64,000 nucleotides of DNA from a virus (IMGVR_UViG_3300010885_080481); one strand, 5' to 3'; shown: positions 8,970 to 19,499, counted from the stretch's first letter. The notes: generated from the sequence alone by a model not told the origin. A program made the numbers and translations.

Positions 8970-10157
8970 ATGGCAAAAAGAGAGAAGTCAGAAGAAGTTG
9001 AGACCGTGACTAAAAAGTCTGAGGTTGATAATATGATGAAAGATCTCATTTCATCTATCAACAAGGAATTTGGTCAACGCATTGCGTACAATCTATCAGA
9101 GATGGATGCACCTACGGTCGTTAAAAGGTGGATCGACACAGGGTCGATTCAACTTAACTATGCGATCCGCAACGCAATGGGAGGAGGGTATCCAGAAGGT
9201 CGAATCATAGAAATCGCAGGATTACCTTCATCAGGTAAATCGCACCTTGCATATCACGCGGCTTCAGTGGCCCAACGTATGGGTGGTCTTGTTGTCTATA
9301 TTGACACAGAAAATGCAACTCCTGTTGCGAAGTTGGCGGACATGGGAATCGATGTTCGTAAGAGATTTGTTTATTGCGATTCTCACTGTACAGAGGAGGT
9401 CTTCTCCATTATTGAATCTACAATCACCAAGGCGAAGCAGGTGCTCGATAAGAACATTCCTATTCTTGTCATCTGGGACTCTGTCGCAGCAACTTCTCCT
9501 AAGGCCGAGCTCGACGGTGATTATGATCAAAACTCGATTGGTCTACAGGCCCGCGCTATTTCTAAGGGAATGCGTAAGATCACAGGCGTCATTGGACAAA
9601 ACAACGTGACGCTACTCTGCATCAATCAAATTCGTGATGCTATCGGTGTGATGCATGGTGATCCTACAACGACGCCTGGCGGTCGTGCAATCCCATTCCA
9701 TTCTTCTGTTAGAATTCGTTTAGGTAGTGGCAATCAAGTGAAAGACAAGAATGGTAATCCTATTGGAATCCATACCACTGTCACTCTTAAGAAGAATAAG
9801 GTTGCTGCCCCTTTTCGCAAATGTGAGTTTGATATCATCTTTGGCAAGGGTATCGTAGAGGATGAATATCTTTTTGATGAAGTTCGTTCACATTGCAAAG
9901 CCAATGGCCCTGTCAAGCGTGATGGTTTTGAGATCAATGTCAGCGGCGAAGGTGCGTGGAAAGAGCTTTCAGTGGTTAATGCAAAGACAGGCGAAGTTGT
10001 GGTAGAGAAGAAGTTCTACAAGTCTGAGTTTGGGGATATGCTCAAGGACGAGAAATATTCGAGTTATCTCTTGACGGCTATTGACTCTGCCCTTATAACA
10101 ACTGGTGGCGAACCTTCGGGCGAGGGAGACGGTGAAGGAGGAATGTCTGATGAGTGA
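8970..10157 (+). CDS. recA: RecA/UvsX recombinase
   Basis: 'GGGYPEGRIIEIAGLPSSGKS' Walker A, 'YIDTE', 'VIWDSVAA', 'INQIR', 'TTPGGRA', 'KNKVAAPF'. Confidence 0.95.
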   Translation: MAKREKSEEVETVTKKSEVDNMMKDLISSINKEFGQRIAYNLSEMDAPTVVKRWIDTGSIQLNYAIRNAMGGGYPEGRIIEIAGLPSSGKSHLAYHAASVAQRMGGLVVYIDTENATPVAKLADMGIDVRKRFVYCDSHCTEEVFSIIESTITKAKQVLDKNIPILVIWDSVAATSPKAELDGDYDQNSIGLQARAISKGMRKITGVIGQNNVTLLCINQIRDAIGVMHGDPTTTPGGRAIPFHSSVRIRLGSGNQVKDKNGNPIGIHTTVTLKKNKVAAPFRKCEFDIIFGKGIVEDEYLFDEVRSHCKANGPVKRDGFEINVSGEGAWKELSVVNAKTGEVVVEKKFYKSEFGDMLKDEKYSSYLLTAIDSALITTGGEPSGEGDGEGGMSDE

Positions 10158-10590
10158 TATATTTTGGATTAGATGCGAAGTGGATGACAATGACCTTGTG
10201 CCAAAGTATCAAACACAAGGATCTGCGGGGTGTGACATATATGCTAATGAGTACCTAACGATCAAGCCTGGACGAAGGGCTATGGTGGCCACTGGATTAA
10301 AGATCGAACTGCCTCCTGGATTTGAAGCGCAAGTCAGACCTAGGTCTGGGTTAGCGGCAAAGCATGGTATCACGGTATTAAACACGCCCGGTACTGTTGA
10401 TGAAGACTACAGAGGAGAGATTAAGGTCATTTTATTAAACACAGGTGACGAAGAATTTATTGTCAATAAAGGTGATAGGATTGCACAGTTGGTATTTTCT
10501 CGAGTTTTTCGTGGGATATTCCAACCAACCAATAGCTTGTCTTCAACAACTCGTGGTGGTGGTGGATTCGGTTCAACAGGCAAAACATGA
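10150..10590 (+). CDS. dut: Trimeric dUTPase
   Basis: 'AGCD', 'RPRSGLA', 'GTVDEDYRGE', 'RIAQL', 'RGGGGFGSTG'. Confidence 0.95.
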   Translation: MSDIFWIRCEVDDNDLVPKYQTQGSAGCDIYANEYLTIKPGRRAMVATGLKIELPPGFEAQVRPRSGLAAKHGITVLNTPGTVDEDYRGEIKVILLNTGDEEFIVNKGDRIAQLVFSRVFRGIFQPTNSLSSTTRGGGGFGSTGKT

Positions 10591-11570
10591 GCTCAGATCG
10601 ACCCATCTTGATAGTGGATGGTGCAAATCTTTTTATTAGAAGCTGGTCAGCCTTTCCATCTATGTCTTCTCATGGATATCAGATGGGAGGCTGTGTTGGC
10701 TTTTTGAAAACTTTGAAGAGAATTGTTACAGAAATTCAACCAAAGTTCGTGGTGGTTGCCTGGGAAGGTGGAGGATCTTCTCGACGTAGAAGCATATATC
10801 CTGATTACAAGTTAGGCCGCCGTCCGGAAAAGTTGAATAGATTTTATGGGGATGACATTCCTGAATCTGAAGAAAACAGAAAGCATCAGATGCTTTCTCT
10901 TCTTGACATGTTAAAATCAGTTCCAGTATGTCAAGTTTACGTGCCTGACTGCGAAGGTGATGACATCATCGCTTTTTTGTGCAAAGGATATTTTAGGCAG
11001 GCTGAAAAAATCATAGTTTCATCCGATAAAGACATGTATCAGCTTTTAAATGAAAAGACAAAGATCTATTCTTTACACAAGAAGTTGGTTTTGTCAAAAG
11101 ATGACATATTCGATGAGTTTAGGATTAAAACCCATAATTTCGCCATGGCAAAATCAATCTGCGGAGACCCTGGAGATAACATCCCAGGTATAAAAGGATT
11201 GGGATTTAAAACTGTATCAAAAAAGATACCGTTCTTAGGAGGAGACTCCGAGGTCTTGATTGATGAAGTCATCTCTTTTTGTCACTCTAGAATGCCTGAA
11301 TCGTCTATTTACAAACGGATTGTAGAGAATGAGAGTGTGATTCGTAGGAACTGGAAATTGATCTATCTTGACGGCAGCATGTTGTCTGCCACACAGATTT
11401 CTAAGGTGCAACATGTTATAGATACATTTGCACCACACACGAATAGGATTGCTTTAATCAAGTCGCTCGTCAAAGAAGGCATAGGCGATTTTAACGTAGA
11501 AGATTTTTTTTACGCCTTTAGGTGTATCGATCATGCTCCTTATGCTGGCGGAGAACAAAATGCAGGATAA
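10587..11570 (+). CDS. 5'-3' exonuclease / flap endonuclease (T4 RNase H or PolI N-domain family)
   Basis: 'IVDGAN', 'WEGGG', 'EGDDII', 'SSDKD', 'GDPGDNIPGIKGLG'. Confidence 0.9.
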   Translation: MSSDRPILIVDGANLFIRSWSAFPSMSSHGYQMGGCVGFLKTLKRIVTEIQPKFVVVAWEGGGSSRRRSIYPDYKLGRRPEKLNRFYGDDIPESEENRKHQMLSLLDMLKSVPVCQVYVPDCEGDDIIAFLCKGYFRQAEKIIVSSDKDMYQLLNEKTKIYSLHKKLVLSKDDIFDEFRIKTHNFAMAKSICGDPGDNIPGIKGLGFKTVSKKIPFLGGDSEVLIDEVISFCHSRMPESSIYKRIVENESVIRRNWKLIYLDGSMLSATQISKVQHVIDTFAPHTNRIALIKSLVKEGIGDFNVEDFFYAFRCIDHAPYAGGEQNAG

Positions 11571-13002
11571 CGAAAATAAAACTGGTTCTAAGTTAACTTT
11601 TGGTTCGTATGGTAAATCTTTTCAAGAGAAAATCATGCAAGCTCTCTTGACAGATTCAAAGTTTGCAGAACAGATGATGGAAGTGTTCGATACATCTTAC
11701 TTTGAATTGAAGTATCTACAGTTTCTAGCGGATCGATACTTCTCTTACTCTAAAAAATACAAGGTATTTCCAACGTTACAACTTCTTGTGACGATTATAC
11801 GGGAAGACCTAAAAGTAGGTACGGATGTGATTCTTCGAGATCAAATCATTGAATACCTGCAGCGCATGAAAGCGAATCCAGATCCTGGCGATTTGCAATT
11901 TGTTCGTGAAAAGTCTCTTGACTTTTGCAGAAAGCAAGCTCTCAAGGCCGCCCTTGAAAATGCCGTTGATCAAATGGCGGCAGACAAATATGAATCTATC
12001 GTTGAATCGATAAAGAAAGCTGTTCAAGTTGGAACAGCACCATCTGTCGGTCACGACTTCTTTAATGAAATGGATGCAAGGTTCACTCGTCTAAAACGTG
12101 ACACAATCCCGACAGGTGTTCCTGAACTTGATAAGAAAGAAATTCTACAAGGTGGTTCTGGTAAAGGTGAACTACTTTGCGTTGTCGGCGGTAGCGGATC
12201 TGGTAAGTCTCACTGGCTTACGATGATTGGTGCAAATGCTCTAAAGGCAGGTAAGAATGTTCTTCATTATACCTTCGAGCTATCTGAAACAGCTGTCGGT
12301 ATTCGCTACGATTCTAACCTCTGCGACATGGATTCCAATGAAGTCATGGATCACAAGGATGAGATCATTGAAAAATACAAAGGTATGACTCTCGGCCGAC
12401 TCTACATTAAAGAATATCCCACAAACACGGCATCCATTTTTACAATTCGTTCTCACATCGAACGGCTTGATCTAAAAGGATTCAAACCGGACATCATTAT
12501 CATCGACTACGCGGATATCATGAGGTCAACGCGACAATTTGATTCGCTTCGACACGAATTGAAATTAGTCTATGAAGAGCTTCGAGGCCTTGCTATGGAA
12601 ATTGGCGTTCCTATCTGGACAGCATCTCAGTCTAACAAAGAAGGTGCCAATAGCGAGATCATTGATATGACAAATATGTCAGAGGCCTATGGAAAGGCAA
12701 TGATCTGCGACTTCATCATCTCTGTCTCTAGAAGAGCGCATGAGAAGGCTTCAGGGTGGGGTAGACTCTTCGTCGCAAAGAATCGAGCAGGTAGAGATGG
12801 ATTAGTTTTCCCTGCTAAGATAAATACTGCACAAAGCAAGTTTGAGATCACTGGCGCCGCTGATGCGCCGAATGAGGTTGCAGCAACGGATGAAGCAGAA
12901 CAGAAAAAAGCGCTTAGGGCAAAGTGGAAAGAACTAAAGAATGAATTCAGCTCAAGCTCATCAAATAAAAGCTCTTCTTCATTTGAAACTGTAACAACTT
13001 AA
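11560..13002 (+). CDS. Replicative helicase, DnaB/gp41 family
   Basis: Walker A 'GGSGSGKS', 'YTFEL', Walker B 'IIIDYAD', 'WTASQ', 'KNR'. Confidence 0.9.
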   Translation: MQDNENKTGSKLTFGSYGKSFQEKIMQALLTDSKFAEQMMEVFDTSYFELKYLQFLADRYFSYSKKYKVFPTLQLLVTIIREDLKVGTDVILRDQIIEYLQRMKANPDPGDLQFVREKSLDFCRKQALKAALENAVDQMAADKYESIVESIKKAVQVGTAPSVGHDFFNEMDARFTRLKRDTIPTGVPELDKKEILQGGSGKGELLCVVGGSGSGKSHWLTMIGANALKAGKNVLHYTFELSETAVGIRYDSNLCDMDSNEVMDHKDEIIEKYKGMTLGRLYIKEYPTNTASIFTIRSHIERLDLKGFKPDIIIIDYADIMRSTRQFDSLRHELKLVYEELRGLAMEIGVPIWTASQSNKEGANSEIIDMTNMSEAYGKAMICDFIISVSRRAHEKASGWGRLFVAKNRAGRDGLVFPAKINTAQSKFEITGAADAPNEVAATDEAEQKKALRAKWKELKNEFSSSSSNKSSSSFETVTT

Positions 13003-13050
13003 AAAATTTGAAGTATAGTTATGCACCTAAATTATGAGTGGAGACAAACA

Positions 13051-15636
13051 ATGACTTACACGTATAACGAGGCTTACGAGGCATCTTTAGCATATTTTAA
13101 AGGCGACGAGCTCGCAGCTTCTGTCTTTGTATCAAAGTATGCGCTACGTGATTCCGAAGGTAATATCTTGGAAAAAACTCCGACGGACATGCATTTACGT
13201 CTCACTCGAGAGTTTGCTAGGATTGAATCCAAGTATCTTAATCCTTTATCAGACAAGGAAATTTTTTGCCTCCTTGCTGACGTGGATCATCTCGATGTCA
13301 CAAAAAAGTCAACAATGACTTTGGAACAGCTAGCTGCAGAATCCCGTGGCATGGGTGCAGTTGTTCCTCAAGGTTCTCCCATGTCAGCGATGGGTAATCC
13401 ATATAAACTGCAATCCTTGTCCAATTGCTTCGTCATTGCCTCGCCGCAGGATTCATACGGTGGCATCCTCTTCACAGACCAGGAACAGGCACAGATCATG
13501 AAGCGCCGAGGCGGAGTTGGTTTCGACGTTTCAACTATTCGTCCAAAAGGTCTTGCTACGGCCAATGCTGCGGGGACGACAGACGGCATTGGCGTCTTCA
13601 TGGAAAGATTCTCTAATACTTGTCGTGAGGTTGCTCAAGGAGGTCGGCGCGGCGCACTGATGCTCACTATATCAGTGATGCATCCAGAGGTGGAAACTTT
13701 CATCAATATCAAACGAGATCTTAAGAAGGTCACAGGAGCAAACATCTCCATCCGCCTCACTGATGAGTTCATGAACGCCGTGAAGGATGATACGAACTTC
13801 ACACTTCGATGGCCAGTCGAGTCTACGGTTGAAAACGCTAAGGTCACGAAGGTTGTTAAGGCTCGCGAACTATGGAATCAGGTCATTGACGCAGCTTGGA
13901 CGTCAGCAGAACCAGGTCTTCTCTTCTGGGACACGGTCAAGAAGATGACTCCTACTGAGGCATATGCTTCAAAAGGTTACGCTAACGTTTCAACAAATCC
14001 ATGTGCGGAACTCATCCTCAGTCCGTACGATTCCTGCCGTCTTCTTTTGATCAATCTCACAAAATTTGTCAAGGATGCTTACCTTCCCACTGCTTCTTTT
14101 GATTTTGAGAAGTTCAAGAAGGTTTCAGCGAAGGCACAAAAGTTAATGGACGATCTCGTTGACCTTGAGATTGAGGCCGTTGACGCAATCTTAAGAAAGA
14201 TTGAGGCTGATCCTGAGAGTGAAGAGGTCAAGCAACATGAGGTCAATCTCTGGCAAAAAATTAAAAAGGCGGCCTCAGGCGCCCGTCGCACAGGCTTAGG
14301 TATCACTGGTATTGGCGATGCTCTGGCTTCTGTTGGCGTGACTTATGGATCTGAGGATTCAGTCAACAAAACAGAAGATATCTATAAAACGTTAGCTCTT
14401 TCTGCTTACAGATCATCTGTCGATATGGCAAGAGATAGAGGTTCGTTCCCTGTTTACGAATGGGAACTAGAGAATCAAAGTCCATTTTTGAAACAAATGA
14501 TGCAAGCCGATGAATCATTATTTGCAGACTGGAAAAAGTATGGTCGTCGTAATATTGCGTTAACGACCACCGCACCTGCAGGTTCCGTATCATGCCTCAC
14601 GCAGACAACAAGCGGTATTGAGCCTGCTTACCTCCTCTCTTATACACGCCGCAAGAAGATCAATCCTAATGATACTGCTTCACGAGTTGACTTTATAGAT
14701 CAGCTAGGCGATAAGTGGCAAGAGTATAAGGTCTATCACCACGGCTTCAAGAAGTGGATGGACGTCACTGGCAAAACTGATGAACAGATTACTGAGTCTG
14801 CTTATTGGAAGGCCACAAGCAATGATGTTGATTGGCCTATGTCAGTCAAACTTCAGGCTGCTGCGCAAAGATGGATCTGCCACGCTATCTCTAAGACGTG
14901 TAATCTTCCTAACGACGTAACCCATGAAGTTGTTGCCGAAGTATACATGAAGGCTTGGGAAGCAGGTTGCAAAGGTTTTACTGTCTATCGAGACGGTTGC
15001 AGAACAGGCGTCCTTGTCCAGGATACTCCTAAAGAAACCAAACAGGTAGATTCCGATAGCCAACCAGAAACATTAGTAGAAAACCACGCACCAAAGAGAC
15101 CGAAGGAATTACCATGTGATATTCATAGAATTAATGTAAAAGGTTCTGAAGGTCAGGAATCATATTTGGTTTTGGTTGGCAGCCTTGATGGAAAGCCTTA
15201 TGAGATCTTCTGCGGTCGCTCATCTCATGTTGAGGTACCAAAGAAAGCAAAAACTGGAATTCTAATCAAGAATGGCAAGAAAGACGGCGTAGCCACTTAC
15301 AATCTTCAAATACCCGTAGGCGATGATGATCAACTTTTGTTTAAAGACATTGTTGAGCTCTTTGCTAATCCAAATCACGGTGCATTCACTCGTACCTTAT
15401 CATTGGGATTACGCCACGGAGTACCTGTACAATACATTGTTGAACAGTTGCAAAAAGACAAATACAGCGATATGCAATCTTTCTCTAGAGTTCTTGCACG
15501 AGTTTTGAAGAGCTACATACCTGATGGCGTCAAGGCTACTTCTTCTGATAAGACCTGCACACAATGCTCGTCTGATGCTCTAGTGTATAAAGAAGGGTGC
15601 GTTACATGTTCATCCTGCGGATGGAGCAAATGTTGA
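13051..15636 (+). CDS. nrdJ: Ribonucleotide reductase, class II (B12-dependent) type
   Basis: 'SNCF', 'TNPCAE', 'RRTGLG', 'TTAPAGS', 'GIEP', 'KGFTVYRDG', C-terminal TSCPD-like region and Zn ribbon. No beta subunit in the window. GGAGA RBS before ATG 13051. Confidence 0.85.
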   Translation: MTYTYNEAYEASLAYFKGDELAASVFVSKYALRDSEGNILEKTPTDMHLRLTREFARIESKYLNPLSDKEIFCLLADVDHLDVTKKSTMTLEQLAAESRGMGAVVPQGSPMSAMGNPYKLQSLSNCFVIASPQDSYGGILFTDQEQAQIMKRRGGVGFDVSTIRPKGLATANAAGTTDGIGVFMERFSNTCREVAQGGRRGALMLTISVMHPEVETFINIKRDLKKVTGANISIRLTDEFMNAVKDDTNFTLRWPVESTVENAKVTKVVKARELWNQVIDAAWTSAEPGLLFWDTVKKMTPTEAYASKGYANVSTNPCAELILSPYDSCRLLLINLTKFVKDAYLPTASFDFEKFKKVSAKAQKLMDDLVDLEIEAVDAILRKIEADPESEEVKQHEVNLWQKIKKAASGARRTGLGITGIGDALASVGVTYGSEDSVNKTEDIYKTLALSAYRSSVDMARDRGSFPVYEWELENQSPFLKQMMQADESLFADWKKYGRRNIALTTTAPAGSVSCLTQTTSGIEPAYLLSYTRRKKINPNDTASRVDFIDQLGDKWQEYKVYHHGFKKWMDVTGKTDEQITESAYWKATSNDVDWPMSVKLQAAAQRWICHAISKTCNLPNDVTHEVVAEVYMKAWEAGCKGFTVYRDGCRTGVLVQDTPKETKQVDSDSQPETLVENHAPKRPKELPCDIHRINVKGSEGQESYLVLVGSLDGKPYEIFCGRSSHVEVPKKAKTGILIKNGKKDGVATYNLQIPVGDDDQLLFKDIVELFANPNHGAFTRTLSLGLRHGVPVQYIVEQLQKDKYSDMQSFSRVLARVLKSYIPDGVKATSSDKTCTQCSSDALVYKEGCVTCSSCGWSKC

Positions 15637-15645
15637 GGAACATCT

Positions 15646-15909
15646 ATGAAATTTAATCTTAAAGATATAAGGAAAATGGTCAAAGAAGAATATTCTAGGG
15701 CTATTCCTGAGTTTATTGTTAAACAAGCCGTAGAATCTTGTGTCGAAGACTTAAAACGTGTAATGGTCAACCACATTAATTCAAAATCTAACTCTCAGCA
15801 GAGCAGACAGAAGATGATAGTAAGAATGAACCTGAACCTTGAAGAGTTGGAAAAGGAATTAAAGAATATTGTTGACGAGAAAATTTCAAAGTTTTTATCA
15901 GAGATTTAA
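15646..15909 (+). CDS. Hypothetical protein with shared N-terminal peptide
   Basis: MKFNLKDIRKMVKEEY... Confidence 0.6.
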   Translation: MKFNLKDIRKMVKEEYSRAIPEFIVKQAVESCVEDLKRVMVNHINSKSNSQQSRQKMIVRMNLNLEELEKELKNIVDEKISKFLSEI

Positions 15910-15910
15910 T

Positions 15911-16570
15911 ATGTCATCCAACGATAACAAAGTAGAACTGATCGGATATTATGGGTCAGACGAATCTCATGCACTTTCTGCATGGACTTCAACATCTCGT
16001 GAGTTAAACGAAGAAAAGAAAAATAGAATACCTCAACTTCTTAAGATGCTTGCCGAGAACGAACATCATTCTGTCTTTGAGAAATCAAGTTTACATTTTC
16101 TAGTCACGTCCGACGTAGCATCTCACGTCCATCTTCTCAAACATCGCATTGGCGTTTCTATAAATGCCGAATCAGCCAGATATAAAGAATTGAAAGATGA
16201 CAAGTATCACGTTCCGGTTGATTGGGATGGTGAAGAAGTGGCTGCTTACACCGAACATATGGAGTCTTCTCTACAAAAATACCATGAAACTCTTGAAAGG
16301 CTAGTGAAAAAAGGCATGCCCAGAAAGCGTGCCAAAGAGTCTGCTAGGTTGTACCTTCCTTATGGAAATCAAATTACTGCAGATGTGATGTTCAACTTCA
16401 GAAGCTTTTATCACTTTCTTTATCTTCGATATTCTGAGCATGCTCAATTAGAGATAAGAAACATAGCTAGACAGATGTTAGAGCTAGTTGTAGAAACTAA
16501 AGCATTCCCAGCAACTCTTGAGGCGTTTGGTCTCACAGTCAATGGCGAGATTAGAGGACCATTTACATGA
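15911..16570 (+). CDS. thyX: Flavin-dependent thymidylate synthase
   Basis: 'HHSVFE', 'KHRIGVSINAESARY' (RHR...S.RY motif), 'NFRSFYHFLYLR', 'AQLEIR'. Confidence 0.9.
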   Translation: MSSNDNKVELIGYYGSDESHALSAWTSTSRELNEEKKNRIPQLLKMLAENEHHSVFEKSSLHFLVTSDVASHVHLLKHRIGVSINAESARYKELKDDKYHVPVDWDGEEVAAYTEHMESSLQKYHETLERLVKKGMPRKRAKESARLYLPYGNQITADVMFNFRSFYHFLYLRYSEHAQLEIRNIARQMLELVVETKAFPATLEAFGLTVNGEIRGPFT

Positions 16571-17109
16571 GTAAAAATGCTAATTTACCATTTCATTTTT
16601 ACGTAAATGTAAATAATGAGTTCTTAGGTCCACAAATGCCTCGAGGGTCGACTAAGGGTATATGGCACGCTGTTTATAGCAAAGAGTATCAAACTTTATT
16701 GTGCCACGTTTTCCTCGAATCGGGAGCTCACTGGAGTGGTCTTCCTCTCCATGCAATGTCGACTAAAGAAGATTGGTCATTGACAGGGGAACAATTGATG
16801 CCATGGACTTCCATGGGAGATCACATAGAAACATTTTATGCAAAGTATATGGAAGGACTTGAATGTGAAGTTTTCAATCCATTTACGATGAACGGAAGAC
16901 ACACAGGATTAATTGTAGATTGGGAAGACGGATACTCTAGATATCCGTCTGAACATAAGCCTCTAAATTTGGTAGAATTGCGAAATGGGCAGTTTGCTTT
17001 GCTTCCAAATAATTTTTTGTTGTTTAAAGACAAACACTTTACTGAAAGTTTAGCAAAAGAAAATTTAAAATTTTATCGCCGTGGTGAAACAACATATTGG
17101 GAAAAGTGA
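16567..17109 (+). CDS. Conserved phage hypothetical protein
   Basis: Clean ORF in the operon with ATGA overlaps at both ends; 'ESGAHWSGLPLHA...EHK...NGQFALLPNN'. Confidence 0.6.
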   Translation: MSKNANLPFHFYVNVNNEFLGPQMPRGSTKGIWHAVYSKEYQTLLCHVFLESGAHWSGLPLHAMSTKEDWSLTGEQLMPWTSMGDHIETFYAKYMEGLECEVFNPFTMNGRHTGLIVDWEDGYSRYPSEHKPLNLVELRNGQFALLPNNFLLFKDKHFTESLAKENLKFYRRGETTYWEK

Positions 17110-17690
17110 TGTCTAAAGTAATAGTGATTGAAGGTCCTGATCGAGTTGGTAAAGCAACTCAAACAAATTTTCTTTCTAATTTTCTTTCCTGGAGAGGATA
17201 TAACGTTTTGACAATCGAAGTTCCTATTCGATCAAATTTCGTTTATCATATCATCTATTGGATGCTCCGGAACGGACTGGCAAAAAAACTTCCAAAATGT
17301 TTTCAGTGGTTACAATACTTCAATAGACAACTATTCCAGTGGTTCACATTAAGAAGATTGGAAAAGAAGTATGATTATATCATTATGGATAGATGGAGTC
17401 TATCGACAGTGGTATACGGCCAAGCAACGGGAGTGCCTTCATCATTCACTGAAAAATTGTATGCTAGATTGAGAAAACCAGAATTTACTTTTTTACTCTT
17501 GGGACCAGCTCACAAACATTCTGCCGAAGATGTATATGAATCCGACACGGCACTACAAGAAAATGTCAGAAGAATTTATTTAGAGTGGTCAAAAGAACAT
17601 CTTCAAATGTGCAAGGTAATTGATTGTACTCAGCCTAGAGAAGTTATTGCAGAAGAAATTAGAACCAAATTAAATGAATTAAATCTTTGA
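17109..17690 (+). CDS. tmk: Thymidylate kinase
   Basis: 'VIVIEGPDRVGKATQ', 'DRWSLSTVVYG', 'KPEFTFLL', 'DVYE'. Confidence 0.85.
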   Translation: MSKVIVIEGPDRVGKATQTNFLSNFLSWRGYNVLTIEVPIRSNFVYHIIYWMLRNGLAKKLPKCFQWLQYFNRQLFQWFTLRRLEKKYDYIIMDRWSLSTVVYGQATGVPSSFTEKLYARLRKPEFTFLLLGPAHKHSAEDVYESDTALQENVRRIYLEWSKEHLQMCKVIDCTQPREVIAEEIRTKLNELNL

Positions 17691-17744
17691 CAACAATGTA
17701 CTTTTAAAAAAGACGATTTAAGTTCTTACTGAAAGAGATAACAC

Positions 17745-17996
17745 ATGAGCTATAAAATTTCAGATTCAGTTGCTATGAGAATGATTCAGATATTTCAGGA
17801 GGCTCTTCTTCTAGGCTTAGATGGAGCTGATCTAATGAGACAAGTCAGGTTAGTCGTGGATTCTTCAGCCCCAGACGTATTGACACTTGATCCGCAATAC
17901 GAATCTCAGGTTTCTGAAATGCACCAAAAATATCTTGATGAAGCTGAGAAGCTTGCGCAAGCTTCAAGCAGAGAGGTCTTGGTTTTTGAACGTTGA
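17745..17996 (+). CDS. Hypothetical protein
   Basis: ORF with plausible RBS (AAAGAG) and phage-like composition. Confidence 0.55.
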   Translation: MSYKISDSVAMRMIQIFQEALLLGLDGADLMRQVRLVVDSSAPDVLTLDPQYESQVSEMHQKYLDEAEKLAQASSREVLVFER

Positions 17997-18079
17997 CGTA
18001 GGATTTTGGATCTCTATAGCCATTGCAGTTGTTGTGATGGCTTTTAAATTTTTATCTGTTGATTCTGACGGAGAAGGAA

Positions 18080-18448
18080 ATGATTGATAGATTTTCTGAA
18101 ATGTGGCAACAACAACGGAAATTCATGGATCTTTTGAAAGAAAAAAGAGAATTTCCAAGTTACCCAGTCGACACGAGCACAAAATCTGGACAAAAGATCT
18201 TAAAAAGTATTACTCACGAATGTATGCACGAGTTGTTTGAGGCAAACTTACTTCTAAAAAACTCTAAAGATCATCGAATTGCTGATTTAAAAGAGTTTGA
18301 TAGAGAAAGCTACGTAGAAGAGCTTTGCGATGCTCTTCACTACTTTTTTGAGATAGCAATCCTCAGTGGAATTTCTCCTGACGAATTTTTTGATGCTTAC
18401 ATCAAAAAAGGAAAAATCAATGTAGAAAGAGTAGAAAAAGGATACTGA
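18080..18448 (+). CDS. All-alpha dCTPase/dUTPase, T4 gp56-like
   Basis: C-terminal 'EELCDALHYFFEIAILSGISPDEFFDAYIKKGKINVERVEKGY' parallels T4 gp56 'FELVDIFHF...GMNAEEIFKLYYLKNKHNFERQDNGY' (recalled). Confidence 0.75.
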   Translation: MIDRFSEMWQQQRKFMDLLKEKREFPSYPVDTSTKSGQKILKSITHECMHELFEANLLLKNSKDHRIADLKEFDRESYVEELCDALHYFFEIAILSGISPDEFFDAYIKKGKINVERVEKGY

Positions 18449-18540
18449 TTTTTTGCAATAGACCTTTTCATCTCAAGTGCAATGGTTATCATAACTTCAA
18501 CAACGGCATGACATAAGCCGTTTCGACAAGGAGAATAATC

Positions 18541-18885
18541 ATGTTGACTTGGTACTATGACACACCCCGCAGCTATCGCTTTGACTTATTTGATGTATTT
18601 GAAGATTTAGCAAAAAAACCGAAATCCTCGAAAGATCAAATTGATGAAACTGGCATTAAAATAGAAATGCCAGGAGTAACATCTTCCGACTTGGACGTGA
18701 CAGTAGAAGGAAAGCTTCTAAAAGTCAAAGGAAAGTCTAGACACGGTAAAGAATATTCTTATGTTTATTCATTAAGTTCAGTTGTCGATGAATCTAAAAT
18801 AACAGCCTCTTTGAAAGATGGTCTTTTGGAATTGTCCATACCAAAACGCCAAGCAGATTCTGCTAGAAAAATTCAAGTAGAATAG
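18541..18885 (+). CDS. Small heat-shock protein (Hsp20)
   Basis: 'IEMPGV...LDVTVEGKLLKVKG...ITASLKDGLLELSIPK'; AAGGAG RBS. Confidence 0.85.
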   Translation: MLTWYYDTPRSYRFDLFDVFEDLAKKPKSSKDQIDETGIKIEMPGVTSSDLDVTVEGKLLKVKGKSRHGKEYSYVYSLSSVVDESKITASLKDGLLELSIPKRQADSARKIQVE

Positions 18886-18908
18886 TAAATACGCTTTTAG
18901 ACTATCAC

Positions 18909-18939
18909 AAGCGAGGATAATTTATCCTCGCTTTTTTTT
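18909..18939 (+). terminator. Intrinsic terminator
   Basis: AAGCGAGGATAA / TTATCCTCGCTT stem plus T-run. Confidence 0.8.
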
Positions 18940-18989
18940 AGACAATTTGGTCTTTAACAGCTAATTACTAGTACTATCACGGGGAGATT

Positions 18990-19499
18990 ATGAAACTTAC
19001 AAAGAATCAACTACAAAACATCATTAAAGAAGAATACCTAAGAATTACGCCCGTTAAGAGAGGCCAAGTAATGTCCGAGGCCCGTGCTAACTATTTGGCT
19101 GAACAGATTCTAGAAGAAGGCCTTTGGGATTCTATCAAGGCTGGCTGGTCAGCTTTTAAAGGAGCGTTATCAGGAGGCGGATCAAAATTAGGGGATGATG
19201 CCGCCAAATTATTAGGTCCAGTCATTCAACAAGTTCAATCTGTTGCTCAAGCCGCCGCAAAAGCATCAGCTGACGTGCAAAGCTTCATTGGTTCTATTAA
19301 AGATGAAGCTGTAAAGAAAGCAGTTGAAGAAGCGAGAAAATCTTTTGAAAATTCTTTAAAAGGATCCATCAGTTCTGCTCTTTCGGATGGCATTAAAAAT
19401 CTTCAATCTGCAGGAATGTCAGAAGAAGAAGCAAAGACTCTTGCTTCAACAATCTTATCAGCAGAGTTAGCTAACCTTGCTGGTAAAGGTGGTAATTGA
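18990..19499 (+). CDS. Putative virion-internal protein with shared N-terminal peptide
   Basis: MKLTKNQLQNIIKEEY...; CTAATTA at 18961; helical Ala/Ser/Lys-rich body. Confidence 0.65.
   Translation: MKLTKNQLQNIIKEEYLRITPVKRGQVMSEARANYLAEQILEEGLWDSIKAGWSAFKGALSGGGSKLGDDAAKLLGPVIQQVQSVAQAAAKASADVQSFIGSIKDEAVKKAVEEARKSFENSLKGSISSALSDGIKNLQSAGMSEEEAKTLASTILSAELANLAGKGGN

Noticed and set aside
18477-18530. GTGCAA and hairpin upstream of Hsp20 as a class promoter or thermosensor
   Set aside because: There is no TAnnnT at 18-nt spacing, and the ACGGC/GCCGT hairpin does not cover the RBS.
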